From the NCBI GenBank assembly GCA_965208575.1, contig CBDBOV010000005.1, positions 288,001 through 352,000 on the forward strand: a stretch of 64,000 bases of DNA. Reading direction: 5' to 3'. The stretch's first letter is position 1. Each line of letters begins with the position of its first letter. The notes below the pieces were generated by a model, which was not told where the DNA came from, did no database searches, and worked only from the letters and a program-made list of their open reading frames with translations. Source of the DNA: Spirochaetia bacterium (lineage in GTDB: Bacteria > Spirochaetota > Spirochaetia > SZUA-6 > Bin103). The position numbers and the translations under genes are program-made. Shown here in pieces: positions 1 through 11,800 of this stretch.

Positions 1-43
1 TCCAGGACGCCGCCTGCGAAATGTCGGCGGCCGGCGGTCGGCG

Positions 44-1303
44 CTAGCGCCGCAACAGTCTGTCGAGCTCCCTGTTGGCTCTCTTCACCGCCTCGTCCCG
101 GTCGATGTTCTGATTCAAATACTCGTACAGCGAATTCTCGGTGCTGTCCAATATGTCGCTCATGCGGCCGGCCATCGGCCGGGGCCACAGCTTGTCGCGA
201 GCGTTCATGTCCTTGAGGATCGGCACCGCCGGCCATTTGGCCGGATCGTTGAACACCGGATCCTCCAGCGAATCGCTCCTGAGCGGCACGGCGCTGCCGC
301 GCATCTTCGCCGCGGCGCTGGCAGCCTCCTCCGAAAGCAGGTATCCCAACACCTTCTTGGCCGCGTCCTTGCGCTCCGAAGCGGTAGTGAGGACGTACAG
401 CCAGGCGCCCATGAGGGTGATGTCGCTGTCCGGATCGTCGGACCACTTCGGCGTCTCCGTGACGATCAGCTCGGAGCCGTACTTGCCCTGGCTTACCGCC
501 ACGCTGACGATCCAGTCCCAGGTTATCGTGCTGGCGAGCTTGCCATCGAGCAGTTTCTGGGCCAGCGCTCCGTAGTCATCGGCCAGAATCGCCCGCGGCG
601 CGACCTCGTAGGTATTGATCATGTCGTGCATCAGCTTGATCGCTTCCTGGGTGCCCGGGTTTTCCCAGTCGAAGTAGTCACCGCCGTGCACGTAGATGAT
701 GTACTGCAGGAAGTTGGTGATGTAGCCCTTGGTCCAACCGTCGCCAAATCCGAACACGTCATCCTTGGTGAGCGCCTGGATCACTTCCAGGTAGTCGTCG
801 CCGGTGGTGGGGAGGGCCAGGCCGGCTTCATCGAGCTGCCGCTTGTTCAGGTACATCGGAAACCAACTGAACCCATGCGGCACCCCGACGATGTTACCCT
901 CGTAGGTCGCCATCTCGTCCATGTAGGTCTTCGGATATGCGGCCAGATCGTCGGCGCTGAACAAGTCGTTGAGCGGCTCGAAGAACCCGCCCAGGATATT
1001 GCCGTAGGTGATATACTCGTCGATATCGAACAGGTCGATGCTGGTGTCGCCGGAGGACAACAGGGTGGCGACCTTGGTCTGATAGTCGGTGAACGACGGC
1101 GCCTGGATCATGTCGACGTCGACGCCGGTGGCCGCGGCGATGAGCCCCTCCAGCTCGCTCCAGTCCTCCTGGCCGGCCGGCAGACCCCACTTGTACATGG
1201 TCACGGTCACATCCTCTGCCTGGGCAGCCTCTCCCTCGGCGCCGGCGGCGGCGAACCCGGCCGCGGCAACCAGCACGGCGAGTGACAACAACAGCTTCTT
1301 CAT
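44..1303 (-). CDS. Carbohydrate ABC transporter solute-binding protein (family 1)
   Basis: ATG at 1303 (MKKLLLSLAVLVAAAGFAAAGAEGE) with AAGGAG upstream; signal peptide; SBP_bac_1-like motifs (YEGNIVGVP, MYLNK, GAWLYVL). Confidence 0.85.
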   Translation of the reverse strand: MKKLLLSLAVLVAAAGFAAAGAEGEAAQAEDVTVTMYKWGLPAGQEDWSELEGLIAAATGVDVDMIQAPSFTDYQTKVATLLSSGDTSIDLFDIDEYITYGNILGGFFEPLNDLFSADDLAAYPKTYMDEMATYEGNIVGVPHGFSWFPMYLNKRQLDEAGLALPTTGDDYLEVIQALTKDDVFGFGDGWTKGYITNFLQYIIYVHGGDYFDWENPGTQEAIKLMHDMINTYEVAPRAILADDYGALAQKLLDGKLASTITWDWIVSVAVSQGKYGSELIVTETPKWSDDPDSDITLMGAWLYVLTTASERKDAAKKVLGYLLSEEAASAAAKMRGSAVPLRSDSLEDPVFNDPAKWPAVPILKDMNARDKLWPRPMAGRMSDILDSTENSLYEYLNQNIDRDEAVKRANRELDRLLRR

Positions 1304-1450
1304 GGAACGCTCCTTGTAGCGGTTTGCCGGCTCCGGGTACGGGCCGGCGTTCGACAGCACACACCGAGACCCAAGCCGCTCTCAAGGAACCCGCAGCGAG
1401 CTCGGCTACGTCGTATCAAATGATGGTGCAGAAACAATATACGCCACTCG

Positions 1451-2767
1451 CTACCGGGTCCCGGCGCGCAGGCGGTCGATGGCCGCATGCAGCGTTTCGA
1501 GCGAGCGGCAGAAGGCGAAGCGCAGGTAGCGGTCGCCGTCGCGACCGGTGGCGTAGAAGTTGTCGCCCGGCACCGTGGCCACCCCCACCTGTTCGATGAG
1601 GAACATGGCGGCCTCGGTGGGCGACATCCCGGCCAGCGCCGGCACGCCGCGGTAGTCCGCGAACAGGTAGTAGGCGCCCTCCGGCGGGGTCACCACGAAC
1701 CCCACGTCGCGCAGGCCGCCGACCAGCAGGTCGCGCTTCTCGCGGTAGCCCGCCGCGATGCCGGCGAAGAACGACCGCGGCTGGCGCAGCAGCGACACCG
1801 CGCCCTTCTGCAACGGCGTCGGCGCCTGCACCACCAGGTTGTCGTGCACCGCGCGCAGCGCCGGCGTGCGCTCCGGCGGCGTGATCACCCAGCCGACGCG
1901 CCACCCGGTCGCGCGCCCGGTCTTGGAGATCGAGTTCACCACCAGCGTACGCTCCGCCATCCCTTCGCACAGCGCCAGGCAGCGGTGCCGATGGCCGTCG
2001 AACGTGATGTGCTCGTAGATCTCGTCGGTGATCGCGAACCGGTCGTGGGTCCGGCACAGCTCGGCGATGAACTCCAGGTCGTCCGCGGCCAGCACCTTGC
2101 CGGTCGGGTTCTGCGGCGTGTTCACGACCACCGCCTTGACCGCCGGCTCGGCCAGGGCGGCGCGCAGCTCGTCGCGGTCCAGCCGCCAGGTTGCGGCGCG
2201 GCGATCCTCGCGCAGGGTCACGAAGCGCGGCACCAGCCCGAAGATCGCCGCCTGCGACGGGTACAGCTCGTGGTACGGCTGCATCACCACCACGCCGTCG
2301 CCGGGGGCGAGCAGCGAGCGGAACGCGGCCGCCATGCCCTCGCTCGCCCCGAGCACCACCGTGATCTGCTCCTCCGGGTCGGGCCGCCAGCCGTAGCAGG
2401 CCTGCGTGTAGTCGGCGATCGCGTGGCGCAGCTCGGGGATCCCGAACGGATAGGAGTACTGGTTGAGCGCATCGCGGCAGCCGCGCCACCGCCCGAACAG
2501 CTCCTTCACCGGGCGGTCGAGCGCATCGGCGTCCAGGCCCGCGTTCCCTGTCGCATCCTTGGTAGCGTTCGCGTCAAGAAGCTCGCGCACGGACAGCGAC
2601 TCGAGCCGGCGCGCGCCCTCCTCGGTGCCGCCGAGCAGCGCCGCCACGCCGCTCCACACCATGTCCCAGGCCGGCGTCTCGTCGGTGAACCCCTGCGACA
2701 GGTTCACCGCGCCGTGCGCCGCCGCCAGCCGCGTCATGCGGCGGATCACCGTCTCCCTGACCTGCAT
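1451..2767 (-). CDS. PLP-dependent aminotransferase class I/II (YbdL/kynurenine aminotransferase-like)
   Basis: AVNLSQGF, NTPQNPTGKV, DEIYEHI, SISKTGRATGWRVGW (PLP lysine), LRFAFC; start 2767 (ATG) or 2779 (GTG). Confidence 0.9.
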   Translation of the reverse strand: MQVRETVIRRMTRLAAAHGAVNLSQGFTDETPAWDMVWSGVAALLGGTEEGARRLESLSVRELLDANATKDATGNAGLDADALDRPVKELFGRWRGCRDALNQYSYPFGIPELRHAIADYTQACYGWRPDPEEQITVVLGASEGMAAAFRSLLAPGDGVVVMQPYHELYPSQAAIFGLVPRFVTLREDRRAATWRLDRDELRAALAEPAVKAVVVNTPQNPTGKVLAADDLEFIAELCRTHDRFAITDEIYEHITFDGHRHRCLALCEGMAERTLVVNSISKTGRATGWRVGWVITPPERTPALRAVHDNLVVQAPTPLQKGAVSLLRQPRSFFAGIAAGYREKRDLLVGGLRDVGFVVTPPEGAYYLFADYRGVPALAGMSPTEAAMFLIEQVGVATVPGDNFYATGRDGDRYLRFAFCRSLETLHAAIDRLRAGTR

Positions 2768-2879
2768 CCCCTGCTCCACCCCGTCAATCTACCACGCCAC
2801 AATCGCTGACTCCGACCCGCGGACCGCCAAGTTGCACAAGCGCCAGACGCTGGGCTACGGTCGGAACCGGGACCTTGGG

Positions 2880-3662
2880 ATGAGTGCCGTTCCGAGCGCG
2901 GATGAGCGCTACTCGTTCGAGACCGACGGGTACCTGGTGGTCGAGTCGTTTCTCGATGCCGGGCACGTGGCCCGGTTGCGCGAGGCGTTGCAGAGGGCGA
3001 TCGCGCGGCGCCGGGAGCTGGAGCGGCGCGGCACGCCGCACTTCGCGCGGCCGGGCGAGGACCGTGCCGGCAGCACCCGGATCTTCTACCTGCTGGCGGA
3101 TGATCCGCTGTTCCTGGAATTGGCCGACTTCCCGCCGGTGATGCCCTACATCCGTGCTCTGCTCAACCAGGGCCAGCCCCACTTCCACGCCTCCGACGCG
3201 TTCTGGGAGCAGGGCGCGCACGCCGGCCCCGCACGCTGGCACATCGACGGCCCCGACCACGCCTTCCGCAACCTGCGGCCGCGAATACCGATGCTCGAAC
3301 TGAAGATCGGCTACTTCCTGTCCGACATGAGGCAGCCGGACCAGGGCAACCTGATGGTGGTGCCCGGCTCCCACAAGACCGACCTCGAGCCCACGGCGGA
3401 AGCGCTCTCCGGCTTCGACACCTTCCCCGGCGCGACGCAGGTGTGCTGTCCGGCGGGCTCCTGCGTCATCTTCCACAACGCGCTGTGGCATACGCGCGGC
3501 CCCGCGACCCGCGCCGACGGGCGCCGCATCATGCTGTACTACGCCTACGAGCACCCCTGGATGATCGGCAGCCCCGAGCACACCGCTTATCCGCGCACGT
3601 TCTACGCAGGGCTGTCCTCCTCCCGCCGCAAGCTGTTCCACGACTTCCTGTTCCGATCCTGA
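2880..3662 (+). CDS. Phytanoyl-CoA dioxygenase (PhyH) family Fe(II)/2-oxoglutarate dioxygenase
   Basis: FETDGYLVV, WHID (HxD), GNLMVVPGSH, GSCVIFHNALWH motifs; ATG at 2880 chosen over the longer track ORF. Confidence 0.85.
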   Translation: MSAVPSADERYSFETDGYLVVESFLDAGHVARLREALQRAIARRRELERRGTPHFARPGEDRAGSTRIFYLLADDPLFLELADFPPVMPYIRALLNQGQPHFHASDAFWEQGAHAGPARWHIDGPDHAFRNLRPRIPMLELKIGYFLSDMRQPDQGNLMVVPGSHKTDLEPTAEALSGFDTFPGATQVCCPAGSCVIFHNALWHTRGPATRADGRRIMLYYAYEHPWMIGSPEHTAYPRTFYAGLSSSRRKLFHDFLFRS

Positions 3663-3759
3663 TGGGGTCTCCGTGTCCGCCGACGGCGTTCGATTCAAAG
3701 GCTGTTGCGGCGATGCGGCAACGGCGGTACCCTCGTAAAGTGCAACTGGAGATTCTTAT

Positions 3760-3978
3760 ATGACGCTGACAGCAGTTTTTTTCAAGGTTCCGGAAGGATA
3801 CGTCGGATTCGTTGAGGAACTGCCTGGAGCGAATACGCAAGGGACGACGTTGCAAGAAGCGCGAGACAACATTCGAGAAGCCATCGAGATGACATTCGAG
3901 GCAAATAGAATTCTCGCTCAGGAGTCCCTCGAAGAAGCGGAGGAAGTGATTCGAGAGCCTGTATACATGCAGGCATGA
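3760..3978 (+). CDS. hicB: Type II TA antitoxin HicB (short form)
   Basis: YVGFVEELPGANTQGTTLQEARDNIREAI; GGAGA RBS; ATGA overlap with hicA. Confidence 0.9.
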   Translation: MTLTAVFFKVPEGYVGFVEELPGANTQGTTLQEARDNIREAIEMTFEANRILAQESLEEAEEVIREPVYMQA

Positions 3979-4160
3979 AGAGGCGTGACCTCATTCGCCA
4001 TCTCGAAGATAACGGTTGTCAATTCTTGAGAGAAGGAAGCAACCACACCATGTACGTCAACCGAGCGGCGCGGCGAGTTTCGGCAGTGCCGAGACATCGG
4101 GACCTGAACAGGTTCATCGCGCTCAAGATCTGTAGGGACCTGGAGATCCCGACGCCATGA
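3975..4160 (+). CDS. hicA: Type II TA toxin HicA
   Basis: 61 aa; MKRRDLIRHLEDNGCQFLREGSNHT...VPRH with the catalytic His motif. Confidence 0.9.
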   Translation: MKRRDLIRHLEDNGCQFLREGSNHTMYVNRAARRVSAVPRHRDLNRFIALKICRDLEIPTP

Positions 4161-5116
4161 GTTCCGACGCAAGAGCACCTGCCATGACCAATGATCGCGG
4201 CGATCTGCCGATACGTACCGATGGCGGGAGGCGGGTGCTGGCGTTCGACTTTCCTTCGTTCAGGGTCGGCATCGCCGAGTATCCGGACGGGCCGACGGGG
4301 ACGACGGTGCTGCACTTTCCGGATGGCGCCACGGCGGCGCTGGATGTCCGCGGCGGCTCGCCGGGCGTGATCGGCGACTACGGCTTCGTGCACGCCATTA
4401 CGCTCGCCGGCGGATCGCTGCTCGGCCTGGAAGCGGCCAGCGGGGTGGCCGCCGGGCTGCTGGCGCGCGGCGGCTACCGCGCCCGCTTCAGCGACATCCC
4501 GCTGGTGAGCGGCGGCATCGTGTTCGACTTCGGGCGGCGCGACAACAGCATCTACCCGGACAAGCGCCTGGGGCGTGCCGCTCTCGATGCCGCCGTACCC
4601 GGCAGGTTCCCGCTCGGCGCACGCGGCGCGGGCAGCTCCGTATCGGTGGGCAACGGAATCAGCTTCGACCGCGGCGAGCGGTCCGGCCAGGGCGCCGCCT
4701 TCCGAGAGGTCGGCGGCGTCAAGGTGTTCGCGTGCGTGGTGCTGAACGCCGTCGGCGCCGTGTTCGACCGCGGCGGCACGGCGGTGCGCGGCCACCTCGA
4801 CCCGCGCACCGGAACACGGGCGAGCCTGGTCGAGGAAATGGACCGCTACGCCGAGGCGAATCCGCGGCCGGGCAACACCACGCTCACCGTCGTGGTCACC
4901 AACCAGACGGTGGTCGGCCACGACCTGACCCAGCTCGCCCGCCAGGTGCACAGCTCGATGGCACGGGCGATCCAGCCGTTCCACACCCGCGACGACGGCG
5001 ACGCCCTGTGGGTGGCATCGACCCGCGAGGTGAATCCCTCGCCGTGGTCGGTGAGCGCGCTCGGCGTCCTGGCCTCGGAAGTGGTCTGGGACGCCGTGCT
5101 GTCCGCCCATCCGTAA
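4157..5116 (+). CDS. P1/S58 family peptidase (DmpA-like)
   Basis: TGTTVL, DVRGGSPG, LAGGSLLGL, GNTT autocleavage motif, PFHTRDDGD; start could be 4184. Confidence 0.85.
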   Translation: MSSDARAPAMTNDRGDLPIRTDGGRRVLAFDFPSFRVGIAEYPDGPTGTTVLHFPDGATAALDVRGGSPGVIGDYGFVHAITLAGGSLLGLEAASGVAAGLLARGGYRARFSDIPLVSGGIVFDFGRRDNSIYPDKRLGRAALDAAVPGRFPLGARGAGSSVSVGNGISFDRGERSGQGAAFREVGGVKVFACVVLNAVGAVFDRGGTAVRGHLDPRTGTRASLVEEMDRYAEANPRPGNTTLTVVVTNQTVVGHDLTQLARQVHSSMARAIQPFHTRDDGDALWVASTREVNPSPWSVSALGVLASEVVWDAVLSAHP

Positions 5117-5120
5117 GCCC

Positions 5121-5804
5121 TTGCCCGCGCCGGAGCGGCTGGTTGCCGCCTTCGCCGCCGAGCAACTGCGGGCGCGGCGCTGTGTGCTGGTCGCCCTTGA
5201 CGGCGGGGCCGGCTCCGGCAAGTCGACGTTCGCGCTCCGAGTGCGGCACGCCCTGGGCACGGAAATCGGCTGCGCGGTGGTGCACCTGGACCACTTCTTC
5301 CGCACTCGGCGGGAGCGCGGCAGCAGGCTGGCGCGGGTGGAGGACACCGACTGGCAGCGGCTGCGGGACGAGGTGATCCGCCCGCTGCGAGCGGGCCGGA
5401 CCGCGCGGTTCCTGTTGTACGACTGGGCCCTCGACCGACTGGACGGGTGGCAGACCGTGCAGCCCGCCGGCGTGGTGATCGTGGACGGGGTGAGCGCGCT
5501 GCGGCGCGAGTTGGCGGGCTGCTTCGACCTGGCGGTCTGGCTCTCCTGTCCGCGCGAGAAGCGGGTCGCGCGCCTCGCCGGGCGCGGTGACACGCCGCCG
5601 GAGGAGATCGAGTACTGGCTACCCTCCGAGGATGCCTACGTCGCCGCGCATGCTCCCCGGCAGCGCGCCCACCTGGTGGTCGACGCCAGCGCCGACACGG
5701 CGGCGGCGGGCGCCGCGCTGGTAAGCGAGCGCTGGTCACCGCCGGCCATCAGTACCGGGCGTCCAGCTTCAGCCGGATGCCGTGCTGCGGCCCGGAGTCG
5801 TTGA
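5121..5804 (+). CDS. Uridine kinase-like P-loop protein
   Basis: VALDGGAGSGKST Walker A, HLDHF, VIVDGV; the last ~18 codons overlap the adhesin gene in antisense (native stop apparently lost). Confidence 0.75.
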   Translation: MPAPERLVAAFAAEQLRARRCVLVALDGGAGSGKSTFALRVRHALGTEIGCAVVHLDHFFRTRRERGSRLARVEDTDWQRLRDEVIRPLRAGRTARFLLYDWALDRLDGWQTVQPAGVVIVDGVSALRRELAGCFDLAVWLSCPREKRVARLAGRGDTPPEEIEYWLPSEDAYVAAHAPRQRAHLVVDASADTAAAGAALVSERWSPPAISTGRPASAGCRAAARSR

Positions 5805-8800
5805 CCGGCTCGGTCCGGATCGCCTCGACGCCGAGGTCGAACGACGACGTCCCGCTCCGGGCGAGCCCGAGCTTCCAGCCGAGGCGGAACTCGCGCGCGG
5901 TGTCGGACAGCGCGACGCCGAACTCCGGCGTTGCGGTGAGGCGCTCGCCGAAGGCAGGGAAGCCGTAGCCGAACTTCAGTTCCAGCCGACGGCTGTCCAG
6001 GCCGTCGCCGGTGGCGGCCAGGCCGGCCAGGGTCGGCCGCCCGAGCAGCGCCCGGCTGCCGCCGGTGGCCGCGGCGCCCACGGTCTGGGTGACGCTCAGC
6101 GACGCTCCCCGGTCGGAGGCCGGGTCCGAGTCCCAGGCAAGCGACCCGGACAGGCCGAGGTCGCGGAAGCCGTCGAACTCGGCGGTCAGCAACCCGCGCG
6201 CCGCCACCTGCGCCGACAGCCCGAGCGCCGGGGCGGACCAGGCCAGCCCGCCGCCCACGTCCATCCCGTAGCCGGTCTCCGCGTCACCGCCGTCGTGCCG
6301 CACCCCGACCGCGACCGTGGGCTCCAGCGTGCCGCCGCCCGCCAGCGCGAGGCGGTAGCCGCCGTCGAGCCCCAGCCTGATCCGCGTGGCGTCCGCCTGC
6401 GCTTCCGCCAGCCCGGATGCCTCCGCGGAACCGGTGCGCACCCAGTAGGCGTCGGTCTCGATGGCCAGCGAGAAGCCGCTCCCGGCGGTCGGCTCCACCA
6501 GCCGCCCGCGCGCGCCCAGCGCCGCCAGCACCAGCGACAGGTCGGTCTCCAGCGCCGCCGCCCCCTCGGGCGTGAGCGTGAGCCCGCCCAGCCCCAGGCC
6601 GCCGGCCGCCCACGCGGTCAGCCGTTCGCTCAGGTCCACCCCCACGTAGGGGTGCACCGCGGTCAGCGTGCTCGCCACCGTCCCGGCGCCGGCGGCGGCC
6701 CGGTAGCTGCCGTCCCCGCGTGCGTGCGAGAGCATCACCCCGCCGAGCCACGCCCCGGAGTCCACCTCCGCACCGAGCAGCGCCGTGGTCACCTCGCCCT
6801 CCACGCTCAGGCTCCCCTCGCGCCCCTCGAACCGCGACCACCCGCCGCGGCCCCACAGCGCCGCCGACGGTCCGTCCTGCGCCGCCGCGGAGGTCACCGC
6901 GAACGCGCTGCCGGCCAGCAGCTCGCCGCCGCTCATCGTGCGCGGCTGCTCCGGCCTGCCTGCCAGCCAGCGCGCCAGCTCCTGGTCGGCAAGCCGCGCC
7001 GATTCGTCCGCGTCGAGGCCGCCGGCGGCGAGCTCCTGCCCGGCGATCCGCGCCTGTGCACCGCCGCCGCCCCGCGCCGCCAGCCGCGCCCCGACCGCAT
7101 CCACCACCTGCTCGGCCAGCGTGCGCCCGAAGCGCGCCAGCCACGCCCGCGGCATCGGGTCCGTGTTCTCGATCGTGCCGGTCGCCTCCAGGTCGCCCGC
7201 GCGCGCGCCCACGAGGTTCGACAGCCGCAAGCTGAACGTCTCGTGCCCCTCGTCGTGGCTGTCGTCGAGCACGGGCACGCTCACCGTCTTCGTCGTCTCG
7301 CCCGCGGCGAAGGTCAGCGTGCCGCTCGCCGCCGTGTAGTCCTCGCCCGCCGTCGCCGTGCCGTCGGATGTGGCGTAGTCCACCGTCACGGAGTGCTCCG
7401 CGCCCGTGAAGGCGCGGCTCAGCGACACCTCGAACTCCACCGCCTCGTCCGCACCCTCGCGCGCCCGTGCGTCCGCCACCGAGAGCGCCGGGCGCCAGTC
7501 CACCTTGTGGCCGGAAGCATGGCCCAGGCCGGTGTGGCCGAGCGCCGCGTCCGTCCCGCCCGCCGTGCGGATCGTCCCGCCGCTCAGGGTCAGCGTGTCC
7601 GCGAGCACCGCGATCCCCTGCCTCGACAGGTTCGGCTCCACCACCGTGTGCGCGAAAATGAGGCTGCTCGTGCCGCTGCCGCTCGCGTAGGCCGCCTGCT
7701 TCTCGCCCCACTCCGCCGGGTCCATGTCGATGGACAGCGTCGGCGTCCCGGTCACCGTCACCGCCTCGCTGAACGTCGCCCGGATCCGGATCGTCTCGCC
7801 CAGCAGATAGGTGTCGCCCGAGGCCGGGCTCGACACCACCGACACGCCGCTCACCGACGGCGGCCCCGACGAAGAAGCCGGCGGCGACATCCGCCAGTCC
7901 ACCTTGTGTGCCGGATCGTGGGCGAGCGCCACATGCCCGAGCAGCGCGTCCGCGCCCGTCCGCGTCGAGACGATCGCGCCGCCGTTCGCGTCCAGCGTGT
8001 CCGCCAGCACCGCGATCCCCTGCGTCGAGATGTTCGGCTCCACCACCTCGTGCACGAAAATGAGCGTCGGCGAGCCCGAGCCGCGCTCGTAGACCGCGCG
8101 CTTGGTGCCCCACTCCGCCGGGTCCATGTCGATCGCGATCTCCGGCGCGCCCGTCACCGTCACCGCCCCGGTGAAGCTTACCCGCACCCGGATCCGCTCG
8201 CCGAGCCCGTAGGTCGCGTCGCTCCCTGCGTCCGACATCACCGCCACCGCGGCCACCGAGGGCGGCGGGGTCGCCGCCGCGCCTTCGACCTCCGGATGCG
8301 CGAGCACCGCGGCGAGACCGCCGCCCGCGCTTGAGACAGACCCGCCGTCGAGCCGCAGGCTGTCCCCGGCCAGCCCAGGCGCGCCCTGCCAGACCTCGCC
8401 CTCGGCCAGCGTGTAGGCGAAGGTCAGCCGATCGCCGCCCGAGCCCCGCACATAGGCCGCGCGCCGCTCGACGTCCCCGAACGTCACCGCAACCGTCGGC
8501 ACGCCCTCGACCGCGACCGGCTCGGCGAACACGAGCGTCGCCTCCACCGACTCGCCCGCCTCGAAGCGCCCGTCGGCCTGTGTGGCGACCGACACCGCCG
8601 TCACCCCCGGCGCCGCGCCGAAGCCGAGCGACGCCGGCGCGCCGGCCGCCGCGGCCACGATGGTCCCGCCGTTGAGCTTCAGCCCCGACGCCGCCACCCG
8701 CACCGGCGCCTGCACGCGCCCGTCCGCCTCGGTCACCCGGTACGCGAACACCAGCCGCGCCGTGCCCGTGCCCGAGACGTACGCCGCCCGCCGGATCCCG

Positions 8801-11800
8801 CCGTTCGCGGCACGAGTGTCCGCGATCAGCGCGAGCGTCGGCGCGCCGCCCTCGGTGTCGACCCGCACCGGCGCGTCGAACGTCACCGCCGCCTCGACCG
8901 TCTCGCCCTCGGCCCAGGCGCCGTCGCTTCCCGCGTCCGAGACCACCTCGACCCCGGTCACCGCGACCGGGACCGGCGCGAGCCGCCAGTCCACCTTGTG
9001 CGCCGGGTCGTGGTCGATTCCCGGGTGCCCGAGCGCCGCGTCCGCCTGCGTCACCGCCGCCTTGATGGTCCCGCCATGCAGCGCCAGCGTGTCCGCGAGC
9101 ACCGCGATCCCTTGCGTCGAGATGTTGGGCTCGACCACCTCGTGGACGAACACCAGCGTGTCGGTGCCCGAGCCGCTCTCGTACGCCGCGCGCTTCTCGC
9201 CCCACTCCGCCGGGTCCATGTCTATGGTCAGCGCCGGCGTGCCGCCGGCCGTGTCCACGTCGACCGCCGTCCCGAAGGTCACCGCCACCCGGATCCGCTC
9301 GCCGAGCGCGTAGGTGTCGTCCTCGCCTGCGTCCGAGACCACCGCGACCCCCGTCACCGCGGGCGCCCCCCCGGTGACGTTCTCCAGGTCGATCTCGACG
9401 TAGCGCTCCTCGACCGTGCCGTCCTGCGTGTGGAGCCGCGACAGGCCCGGCGTCTTCATGGGGTTGCCGGCGAGGTCGCGCAGCGGCCCGTCGGAGCCGT
9501 CGGCGCGCCGGGAGTACTTCACGCGGTTTTGCTCCAGCAGGCCCGCCTTCGCCCGGGGCATGCCCTCGCCCATGCCGACCGTCACCACGGCGCCCGCGAC
9601 CGCCACGCCGCCCGTGGGCGTGAAGCCGACCGTGTCGGTCCCCGAGGTCTGCAAGGCCATGTTGAACCGGCCCCCCGTCGCCTCGGGGTCCAGCGCCTCG
9701 CTGAAGGTGAGCGTCATCGTCGCGCCGTCGATGGCGCCCCGCAGCAGTTGCGGCGGCGCCGCGTCCACCCGGTGACCTGCGTCGTGGGCGATTCCCGCGT
9801 GGCCGAGCGCGGCGTCAGTCTGTGTCGCCGCCGAGCGGATCGTCCCGCCGTCGAGCGCCAGCGTGTCCGCGAGCACCGCGATGCCCGCGGCCGACTCGTC
9901 CGGCGCCACCGCGGTCCAGGCGAAGGTCAGCGTCTCCGTCCCCGAGCCGCCCTCGTACGCCGCCCACCGCTCGCCCGCACCCCCCTCGCCGCCGAGGTCG
10001 AGCTTGAGCCGCGGCGTCCCGTTGGTGGTGTCCACCTCCACCGCCTCGCCGAAGGTCAGCGCCACCCGCACCGCCTCGCCCGCCGCGTAGGTGGCGTCGC
10101 TTCCCGCCTCCGAGACCACCGCCACCCCAATCACCGCCGGCCCCCCGCCCGCCACCGCCTGCCCGGTGAACGGCGCCACCTGGTGGCCCTCCACGTCCCA
10201 CAGCCCTGTGCCGCCCGAGTGCGGCGGGACGTAGCGCACCGTCAGCCGCTCACCCTCGGCCGGCGCCCGGCTCAAGCTCAGCACCACCTCCCGCCCGTCG
10301 GCCGAGAGCGCCGCGTCCTCCACCGCAAGCGCGGGCGCGCCCCCCGGCGTGCGCACCGACCGGGCGCTCGCACCGCCGCCCCCGTCCCCGGCGCCGCTCG
10401 CCCGGAAGTCCTCCGCGCGCGGCGGCGCCTCCCGGGTCAGCGCCCCCTCGAAGCGAAGCCGCATCTGCGACCGGCTCACCGACACCCCCGAGAACCGGTC
10501 CACGCACCACTGCGCGTGCGCGTTCCTCACCGCCTGCTCGCTGAACCCGTCCGCCTGCACACCCCACACGTTGCGCAAGGCGTTCGTCGTCGGCTTCGCG
10601 TAGCTCACCGTGCCGGTTCTGTTGCACGGAAAGACCGGCCACTTCAGGCCCAGCTCCACCTCGTTGCCGCGCACCGCCACGGACTCCACCGGGAGGTACC
10701 CCCAGCTCATGGAGAACGCCGAGCGGTCCGGCACGTGCGCCGGGTCGAGCGGCTGCGTCCAGGCGAGCGTCAGCGTCCGGTGCGCCACCGACGCCGGGTC
10801 CGCCGCCGCAAGCCCCGGCTTGCCCGGGCTCGTCGGCCCCAGGTTGGTCACCGACTCGCCCGACAGGTTCGCCGCGTCGTTGCCCGCCGTGTCCTGGACC
10901 GGGTTCGTCCCCGCCGTGTAGTCCACCGTCACCGCCGCCGAGGCCGCGACCGACGCGGACAGCGTGAGCGTGACCGCGCTCGCGCTCACCGCAACGCCGC
11001 TCACCGTCTGCGCGGCAGTCCCCGCTCTCACCGTGTAGGCGCCCCTCGCCGGCACCGAGCCGGTGTCCAGCGTCTCGTCGTAGTACAGCGTGAGCTTCGT
11101 CCCGCTCGCCACCGCCCGGGTCAGCGTCGGCCGCACCGCCCGCTCCCCGGCCGAGCGCGTCACCGTGCGCTGGAACGCCGCGACCTCGTTGCCGTGGGTA
11201 TCCTCGAGCGCGGCGCCCAGGCTGGGCGAGGGGCGGTAGCTCACCATGGCCTGGTGCCCCGCAAGCACCCCCGTGCCGAGCGTGAGCGTCACCGTCGCCC
11301 CGTTCACCGCGACCGTGTTGGGGGACTGGTCGGTGACCGGCGCCCCCTGGAAGCGGGCGCCCTGGATGAGGAACGTTTCGCGCAGACTCAGGAGCTGCCG
11401 CGCCGAGGGCGTCGCCAGGGGCTCGTCGAAGGTCAGCGTCACGATCGTCCCCGTCGCGTCGTCCACCGCCGCGCTCGGGTGCTGCGCCGGGCCGGTGTTG
11501 TTGGTCACCGTCTGAGCGGGAAAGCTCGCCACCTCGTTGCCGGCCTCGTCCCTCAGCCGGTTGCCGGTGCCCATGGTCGGCTTGGTGTAGCTCACCTTCA
11601 CGTCCGTGTCGGTGTCCAGCACCGCGTTCGCCAGGGTCAGGGTCACCACCGCCCCGCTGATGGTGGGCGACCCGCTCAGGCTCACGGTCTGCTCGCCGCT
11701 CCCCGACGGGGTCTTCTTCACCGTGAAGGCGCCGTTCGCCAGCGACTCGGCCGTGCCGAGGGTCTCGTTGAAGGTGAGCGTCAGCGTCGCCCCGTCCACC

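Noticed and set aside
4019-5593. 524-aa minus-strand ORF
   Set aside because: Antisense shadow of the well-supported peptidase and kinase genes
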